From a virus (lineage: Duplodnaviria; Caudoviricetes), in the IMG/VR virus record IMGVR_UViG_3300021168_000030, positions 1 to 63,841 of that record: a DNA stretch of 63,841 bases; one strand, written 5' to 3'. The position numbers and the translations under genes are program-made. The notes under the pieces were generated by a model. It was given only the letters and a program-made list of their open reading frames with translations. It was not told the DNA's origin and did no database searches. Below, piece after piece: positions 57,614-63,841 of this stretch; position 1 is the first letter of the stretch, and every line of letters starts with the position of its first letter.

Positions 57614-59509
57614 ATGGCTTATGACGAGAATATACCCGGGTCGACGATCGTTCCGACAGATCAGCCGCAGCTTGGTAGTCGTGTCCAGGCGAGGCTTCAG
57701 AACCTCCCCGGTTCGGAGGATCAGAACCAGCCGCAGTCTGCACTGCCGGTAAACCAGCCGGCCGCCGCGGTACCAAATCAACAGGCCGCTGCGCCGCCAC
57801 CGGAGCAGCCGCCCGTAACGGCGGGCACCAGAGGGCAGCCGCCGCAAGCCGTCTCGACGGTGCAGTCCGAGCCGACGCCACAGATCAATAAGCCTCCATT
57901 TGATCCCCGGCCCTATGCTTGGCTAGCCGAACACAACCCGCAACTCAAAGCTAAGATTGACGACGCGGCACAGCTTACCGGCGTCGATCCAGATCGCATT
58001 GCGTGGCACGCTTGGAAGGAATCTAAGTTTAAGCAGGACGACGACAACGGTCGGCCGGTCCGTAGCAATACGGGCGCAATTGGGTTGATGCAGCTTATGC
58101 CGGGGACCGCGCATGAGCTGAGCCAAAACGGTCGCCTCGACCCGTTCAACCAGGATGACAATCTCCTGATGGGAGCGCAGTACATCGCGAAGATGGATGC
58201 ACAATTTGGTAAGAACTCGCCGAGCTCGTTTGCTGCTTACTACGGCGGTCCGGGTGGCATCAAAGGCGAGAAGACGCAGCAATACGCGGCGAGTGCGTTC
58301 CCTGGCGCACAGGTAAGCTCCAAGGATTTCGTCGGCCAAGGATCGATGACGGCGCCCGGGCTGGTCCAGGCCGGAACGCAGGGTGGGCCCGATGGGTTCC
58401 TGCGCTATGCGGTCGATACCGCGCCGGCAGGCATGCCAATGTCTGACGCGTGGCGCCATGCCGAGGCGTTGCTGGTAGGTGCTTTTGTTGGAAAGGGCGA
58501 TATGGCCGGTGCGCAGCACGCCAAGGACTGGGTCTTTCAGATGAGTCATGTGGGTACGAATCAAAATCTGATGGCAGCTCATCAAGCGCTTAGTGCAGGA
58601 GATGGCGTCGGCGCATCGCAATATCTTGCCAAGGCGCACGCATTTTTCCCCGACGGTACAATCGGCCGGTTCAGATCAGATGGAAAAAACGTTTACGCCG
58701 AGCGGCTCGACGAGAACGACCCGTCGCATCGCATCGGCTCGCCCATGATGATCACGCCGCAGGATATCGCCGGTCAGTTAAACCAGACGACGGACCCGGA
58801 AAAGTATCTCGCGACATTGAGCGCGCAGCAGAAGCTAGCCTCCGAGACGCGGCTCAATGACTTGCACGGGCAATATTATGCAGGAATTAACGAAGGGCGG
58901 GAACGCGCCGCCGAGCTGCGCGCCAACGCTCAGGTCGAAGCCGCTAATACGCGTGCCGACGCGGCTACACAGTCGGCTGAAACTCGAGCCAACGCCACAG
59001 TCGAAGCTGCAAATATCCGCGCGCAGAACAGTAACGCTGGCGCCGCGCAGCAGGCCGCGGCGGGCCGTGAGGCTAATAAGGATGCCGCTACTCGTTATGA
59101 TAAGTTAATGAATCCAGACGCGACCATGGATCAACTCGGCGATATGTCCGAAATTCACAAAGACGCTATGATGCAGGGCGCGACGGGGCCGCAGGCTGAG
59201 CGCATCGCCCGAGGAATATCGAACCACTCACTGCAGGTGCAGCGGGCGACCGACGGAACTTATGCCGTGATTAAGGCCGGTGACAAAACTGGGCAGCCTA
59301 TCGGATATCTGTCGAAAGCGTTTGGCGACCATCTCGCCGGTGCGGCTGCCCCCAATCCCCAACAGGGATCGACTAGTGCGATTGGTGCCGGCGCCAGCAC
59401 GCCCTATGCGATGGGCGCAGGCGTAACGAATAACCTGACCGGGACCGTCATGCCGCAGCAACAGCAGCAGGTCCCCGTGAGCCAGTCGTCGGCGCTTCCT
59501 GTGAAATAG
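57614..59509 (+). CDS. Internal virion protein with lytic transglycosylase (SLT) domain
   Basis: KES, S.TGAIGLMQLMPGTA, DP....N...GA.Y, AAYYGGPG. Confidence 0.85.
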   Translation: MAYDENIPGSTIVPTDQPQLGSRVQARLQNLPGSEDQNQPQSALPVNQPAAAVPNQQAAAPPPEQPPVTAGTRGQPPQAVSTVQSEPTPQINKPPFDPRPYAWLAEHNPQLKAKIDDAAQLTGVDPDRIAWHAWKESKFKQDDDNGRPVRSNTGAIGLMQLMPGTAHELSQNGRLDPFNQDDNLLMGAQYIAKMDAQFGKNSPSSFAAYYGGPGGIKGEKTQQYAASAFPGAQVSSKDFVGQGSMTAPGLVQAGTQGGPDGFLRYAVDTAPAGMPMSDAWRHAEALLVGAFVGKGDMAGAQHAKDWVFQMSHVGTNQNLMAAHQALSAGDGVGASQYLAKAHAFFPDGTIGRFRSDGKNVYAERLDENDPSHRIGSPMMITPQDIAGQLNQTTDPEKYLATLSAQQKLASETRLNDLHGQYYAGINEGRERAAELRANAQVEAANTRADAATQSAETRANATVEAANIRAQNSNAGAAQQAAAGREANKDAATRYDKLMNPDATMDQLGDMSEIHKDAMMQGATGPQAERIARGISNHSLQVQRATDGTYAVIKAGDKTGQPIGYLSKAFGDHLAGAAAPNPQQGSTSAIGAGASTPYAMGAGVTNNLTGTVMPQQQQQVPVSQSSALPVK

Positions 59510-59519
59510 GAGAGTTAAT

Positions 59520-59744
59520 ATGGCAGAGACTAGTGTACATAAGCGTAAATACATTGTTGAGACCCTACGCGACGTAGAAACTTTTGGTGTTATACTGCGC
59601 ATAGGTAAGCGGCAAGAAGGAGAAGAAGGAGCGAAGATAATCACTAGATTTGTAGGAACAGACGAAGATATTAATGAGCTGCTTGCAGCGATTAGCGAGC
59701 TGTATAGAAATACAGTTCTCGGACTAACGACTACTCGTATTTAG
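59520..59744 (+). CDS. Hypothetical protein
   Basis: AGGAG RBS; lower GC than flanks. Confidence 0.5.
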   Translation: MAETSVHKRKYIVETLRDVETFGVILRIGKRQEGEEGAKIITRFVGTDEDINELLAAISELYRNTVLGLTTTRI

Positions 59745-59775
59745 CTGTAGGAATTAACAGTTGGAGTAGCTTTCA

Positions 59776-61827
59776 ATGAGGTGGTGGTCGAAATGCGCGG
59801 TTTTTGCCAGCTTGCTATTCATGGCATTGCCCGCGTCCGCCGCCGTGTGGGGGCGTGGCTCTGTCGTAGGTCCGTACACGCAGCAGCCGCCGCCACCATC
59901 ACCCCTCGTGCCAACTGCTCAAACGCTGATCCCAGTAGTTCAGCCGGTCGGTGGGCCCTTCCAGTTCCTCGCGGGGACCGGCTCTGCTAATAGGTTAGTC
60001 GGTAAAAATATCATCCCGGCGACGATTTTCCCACCCGCGCCTGCCTTTACCGGAAGCTGGGCAATCACTGGAGGCGCCGACGCCGGCAAGTTTAAGATCA
60101 ACTCGGCTACCGGCGACGTGAGTGTTTGCAACACCGCACCTACCTGTACCGATCTCGCCGCGGGTACCTACACGATCATTGTTACGCTTACTCAGCCGGG
60201 CGTAACGGGGTCGCCAGCTAGTACGACGGTAACCATTCAGGGCGTCGATCCGTCGGACACTACGACACTCTTCCTGACTTCGGACAATTATTACCCGACG
60301 CCAGGCTCAGTAATCAACGTCACGGTCAGAAATACACCAAACACAGCGGGCACCGATTATGTTCAGATCGGTAACGCGCGAGGCGCTTATAGTAACGGAA
60401 ATGTCCAGGGTCTGGATTATCAATGGGTCAGTGGGACTACTCCTACTATTGGCGTACATAATGGGACCGTGGCCTTGACGGTCCCGGCGCCGCCGAGTGA
60501 TAACTACCAATTCCTAAGCCTCATCCTGGTGCCGAATAATCAAGGCGGGTCGAAGGCTACAGCGTTCACTCCGACAGTCATCACGCCGGCGACGCTAGCT
60601 CCAACGGCGCCGACTGCAGCTAATACGCTCACTCCACCGTTCACTCCCAGTCAGACGATCACAGTCTGCCCCTCGGGATGTCAATATCCGCTACTCAGTG
60701 CGGCGCTGATCGGTCTCAGCAACGCTGGTATTGGCGGCGTCATCGACAACACTCTGATCACAATCCAGGCGGGAGCCTATTACGACTGCTCTCAGTTTGG
60801 AAACGCCTCCCCGTTCAACGCACCGACCAGCGATCGGTTATGGCATCTCCCACAGCATCTGTGGATCAAAGGGGTAGGTGGTAATTTTGCCCACTTCATG
60901 GGTGGCTCAACCCTTCTGTGCAACGGAAAGGGAACCTTCGTTTATTGGGGCGGCGCTACTGATGTTACAACTTTCGACAATCTCGAATGCTCTGATTGGG
61001 CCACAAATGGCCCTACTGCTTGCTTCTATCTTGCCAGCGGAAACGCTACGATGCGGAATGACTATCTACACGACGGCGAGGACTGCATCCTCAGCGGCAA
61101 CTCGCAGCCGTTCGTGAATTTCGTCGTACAAAACCTCCACTTCGCGAGATGTGGCGGACCAAATGGGCCCCAGCATAACGCATACTTTGGTGACAACACT
61201 AATACACTGGATTGGAACCATACGTTTTCAGAACAAGCGATGTTTGGACACGGCGCAAAGTCGCGCGGCTTTGTAAACCACTTCACATGTAACCTGTTCA
61301 TAGGCTCGCAGGACCCTTACTATGTGGACAGTGAGGAGATCGACTGTCCAGAGGGGCGGGAGTGTCACATTGACAACAACACCATTGTCAAAGGCGCGGG
61401 ATCGCCGCAGCAGAACCAAATAGGCTGGGCGATGGATGATGAGAATGGTGGCCCGCCGCAGACTTTGCCAGGGGGTGGGAACGCCATCTTCTCTCTTAAT
61501 CTTAACAATAACATTATGATTCAAGATGGTGAGTCCTCGCGGACACACTGGTTTGTTTACATTGGCCCCAATCAAAATCCTGCCCCGACGTTCTTTACCA
61601 ATCCACCCAACACATGGAATACCAACGTCTTTGTGGGAGGGCTTGCGGGGCAGTCTTATCCTTACTCCTCGTTCCACTTGACTACTGCTAGCGGCTATCC
61701 CGACACCTCAGAAGTTACCGAGGTTGGAGATCAACTGTTTACTACTCGCGCAGCGGCGGGGATTACGCAGACCTATCCGCCGCCGCCCGGCTGCACCGGC
61801 ACGATCGGCAACATGGTGGTGCCGTAA
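59776..61827 (+). CDS. Signal-peptide protein with cadherin/Ig-like and parallel beta-helix (depolymerase-like) domains
   Basis: FASLLFMALPASA-AVWGRG; W.ITGGADAGKF.INS.TG; VCPSGCQY, ITI.AG.Y, HN.Y, GH..KSR. Confidence 0.75.
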   Translation: MRWWSKCAVFASLLFMALPASAAVWGRGSVVGPYTQQPPPPSPLVPTAQTLIPVVQPVGGPFQFLAGTGSANRLVGKNIIPATIFPPAPAFTGSWAITGGADAGKFKINSATGDVSVCNTAPTCTDLAAGTYTIIVTLTQPGVTGSPASTTVTIQGVDPSDTTTLFLTSDNYYPTPGSVINVTVRNTPNTAGTDYVQIGNARGAYSNGNVQGLDYQWVSGTTPTIGVHNGTVALTVPAPPSDNYQFLSLILVPNNQGGSKATAFTPTVITPATLAPTAPTAANTLTPPFTPSQTITVCPSGCQYPLLSAALIGLSNAGIGGVIDNTLITIQAGAYYDCSQFGNASPFNAPTSDRLWHLPQHLWIKGVGGNFAHFMGGSTLLCNGKGTFVYWGGATDVTTFDNLECSDWATNGPTACFYLASGNATMRNDYLHDGEDCILSGNSQPFVNFVVQNLHFARCGGPNGPQHNAYFGDNTNTLDWNHTFSEQAMFGHGAKSRGFVNHFTCNLFIGSQDPYYVDSEEIDCPEGRECHIDNNTIVKGAGSPQQNQIGWAMDDENGGPPQTLPGGGNAIFSLNLNNNIMIQDGESSRTHWFVYIGPNQNPAPTFFTNPPNTWNTNVFVGGLAGQSYPYSSFHLTTASGYPDTSEVTEVGDQLFTTRAAAGITQTYPPPPGCTGTIGNMVVP

Positions 61828-61844
61828 ACCTCTTGAGGGAATAG

Positions 61845-63841
61845 ATGGCCGTCGATCTCGAAAACCCGGAAGACCTGCAAGACAATATCGAAGCCGGTGA
61901 CCAAGGCGATACTGGGGCCGCTCCGTCTGCGCTGTCCCTACCTGCTACGCGGGAGTCCGGCGCCGTTGGCCCAACTAACTACGGTAGTGCGGCGCCGCAA
62001 GGGCGTCGCCTCCCTGGTTATCAGCCAGGAGCTCCTCTAGACCCTAACGCGCAACCGTTCTTTGTAGGCAGTGGACCTCCACCAGAGCAGAGTAAATCCG
62101 CGTTCAAGGATTTCGCGCGCCAGACCTACGGCGCGCTCCTCGAAGCGGGCCAGGCGACCGTCGGCGCTGCCAGCGCGGCCGAGCGCGCGCTCGGTATGAA
62201 CCCCGACATCATCGCGCACACCGAGCAGACTCGGCGCGCCGTCGGTGACATCATAGCCCAGAATCTCCAGGCGATGAGCCCGGAGGCCCAGAAGGCTGCT
62301 CACTCTTCGCTGTTCGGGGGTAAGGATGAGAGCGGCGGAGACATCCCGACGCCTGGCGAAGTCGGCTGGGGGAGTTACCTCGGCGCGACGGCGGCGAGTT
62401 TCATCCCGTCGGCCATTCTCGCTATCGTACCGCCTGCAGTCCTTGGGCCGGCCGGCCTCGCCATAACGGGCGCGGCGTTCGGCGCGCAGCAGGCGGGCGC
62501 GGCCTATGAGAAACTGGTCGATCAGATAGACAAGGCCACGCCCGAAGACATGATGGATTCACCTGTTTACGCCGAGTTGCGTAAGCAGGGCGTGGACAAC
62601 ATCAACGCGAAGCGGCAGGTCGTAGCGTCGATCGCGCCGCCTATTATAGCAATGCAAGCCGCGGTCGGCGCGGCCGCAGGGGCGGGCGCTGGTGGGCTTC
62701 TTACGAAGGGCGCACTTGGAGCCGCAGGCGCGAGTGTGGCGCGGCGGGCGGGCATTGGCGCGGCCGAGGGTGCCGCTACGATGGGCGGGCAAGCCGCGGC
62801 CGGCAACGCCCTCGAACAGTCGGCATCGATGCAGGCCGGCCTGCAGAAAGAATTCGACCCCTCAGAGACCGCGCGCGCATTGGTCACCGGCGGCGTCGGC
62901 GGCGCGCTTGTCGGATCGGTAGGCGGTGCGCTGCATCGCGGTGAAACATCCAGTGAAACACCCAGGGTAACGCCCGAGGGTGTCACAGATGATCAGCACG
63001 CGGCGCTGACCGAGGCGCTGCAGATAGCTGGGCCGCTTAAGCAGTTGACGTATCAGCCGGACCGCACACAGGGCCCGGCCACGCCGTGGGCCTCAACCGG
63101 CGAGGGTATGGTTCTAGGCCAGGGCGGCTTTACGACCAGCCCGTCAAGGCCGGCTGCGCTGACGGTGCCCGAGCTCCCCGGCGACATCAAGGCGCAGGTC
63201 GCCGCGCTGGCCGATCCGGAGAACCTCAAGGATTCGGTGTTCATCCCGAAGGGAACATCAATGCCGAAGGATATCCCGGACGGTGTTACGCGTGTCGTCC
63301 GGCCGGAGGGTACGCTCCTCACCAACAACCAGGCGAAGGCGGCGCTATTCCGCCGGCCGGGGGAGCTCAACGACACGATCTTGGCGCATGTCCTCGACTA
63401 CCCCGAGACCAAAGATCAGGCGGCTGCGTCGGGCGCGCCGCGGGTTATCCAGGGTAAGGACGCCGACGGCAATGTGGTCTATGAGGCGGCAGTTAGTCCG
63501 CAAGGCGAGGACGCGGCGCGCACGGCCGCGGCAGCGCAGGTCCTACCGCATGGCTCTGTAGAGGCAACCACCCCCGATGCCGCGGTCGCACGGCGTCTGC
63601 CACCGAGCGGCGGCGAGCCGGCGAAACCATCAGGCGGCATGAACCGGGGGAACCTGGTAGATGCCTTGGAGAAACAGGGCGAGGATCGCAAGGCGCTCAA
63701 CCGAATGAATATCGGCGCTCTGCGCGATCGCTACGACGAGCTCAATACGCCGGCGGTGCCGGCGCCGCGTGAGTTTCGTCCTGAAGCCCCGGCCGAGCCT
63801 CCTATCAAACCTACTCTCGGTGATCAATCAACGGCAGCGCC
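61845..63841 (+). CDS. Giant internal virion protein, N-terminal part (runs off the window end)
   Basis: GAGG RBS and ATG at 61845; start and end translate in one frame (MAVDLENP...DQSTAA); absent from the ORF track, consistent with no stop. Confidence 0.75.
   Translation, partial: MAVDLENPEDLQDNIEAGDQGDTGAAPSALSLPATRESGAVGPTNYGSAAPQGRRLPGYQPGAPLDPNAQPFFVGSGPPPEQSKSAFKDFARQTYGALLEAGQATVGAASAAERALGMNPDIIAHTEQTRRAVGDIIAQNLQAMSPEAQKAAHSSLFGGKDESGGDIPTPGEVGWGSYLGATAASFIPSAILAIVPPAVLGPAGLAITGAAFGAQQAGAAYEKLVDQIDKATPEDMMDSPVYAELRKQGVDNINAKRQVVASIAPPIIAMQAAVGAAAGAGAGGLLTKGALGAAGASVARRAGIGAAEGAATMGGQAAAGNALEQSASMQAGLQKEFDPSETARALVTGGVGGALVGSVGGALHRGETSSETPRVTPEGVTDDQHAALTEALQIAGPLKQLTYQPDRTQGPATPWASTGEGMVLGQGGFTTSPSRPAALTVPELPGDIKAQVAALADPENLKDSVFIPKGTSMPKDIPDGVTRVVRPEGTLLTNNQAKAALFRRPGELNDTILAHVLDYPETKDQAAASGAPRVIQGKDADGNVVYEAAVSPQGEDAARTAAAAQVLPHGSVEATTPDAAVARRLPPSGGEPAKPSGGMNRGNLVDALEKQGEDRKALNRMNIGALRDRYDELNTPAVPAPREFRPEAPAEPPIKPTLGDQSTAA

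Larger units (their letters stand above)
217..61988. promoter_or_regulatory. Dispersed palindrome ACTAC-N-GTAGT (at least 20 copies)
   Basis: Starts at 217, 4380, 8434, 12684, 15209, 18694, 20077, 22045, 23554, 25462, 25900, 26171, 28947, 35205, 39228, 46484, 47838, 53555, 55898, 61978. Confidence 0.9.

Noticed and set aside
1-63841. tRNA, integrase, reverse transcriptase/DGR, introns or inteins, alternative genetic code
   Set aside because: None seen by eye; core genes are uninterrupted in the standard code. tRNAscan and HMM searches would be needed to exclude them formally.

Overview
This looks like a near-complete, circularly permuted genome of a tailed dsDNA phage with podovirus-type morphogenesis: portal, scaffold, capsid, adaptor, nozzle and ejection proteins, with no tape measure or sheath. 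The host is probably an alphaproteobacterium (inferred from an ECF sigma factor, a DUF3309-like gene and an RcGTA-type head-spike base). Layout: giant ejected protein and lysis genes (+, 1-6.6 kb); a leftward early/replication arm (6.9-28.9 kb: primase-helicase, SSB-like protein, ECF sigma, SNF2 helicase, VRR-NUC, Cas4-like exonuclease, PolA, VWA-metallopeptidase/DUF3150/AAA+ triad); a repeat-rich non-coding region (27.4-28.1 kb); small rightward genes; an inverted terS-terL pair; and the rightward structural arm (35.8-63.8 kb). I saw no integrase, tRNA or CRISPR array. Main unusual signals: (1) eight fibre/spike/decoration genes start with Sec-type signal peptides and most carry multiple cysteines, including a head-spike-base homologue and an S74-chaperone fibre, suggesting appendages that fold in the periplasm and join the virion at lysis; (2) the palindrome ACTAC-N-GTAGT occurs at least 20 times, at promoters/RBSs and inside genes; (3) two mini-proteins mimic the C-terminus of the neighbouring AAA+ ATPase; (4) four tandem paralogues end in HLCxVV; (5) a duplicated leader has its hairpin loop exactly inverted between copies. 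Family calls come from motif recognition by eye, not database searches.
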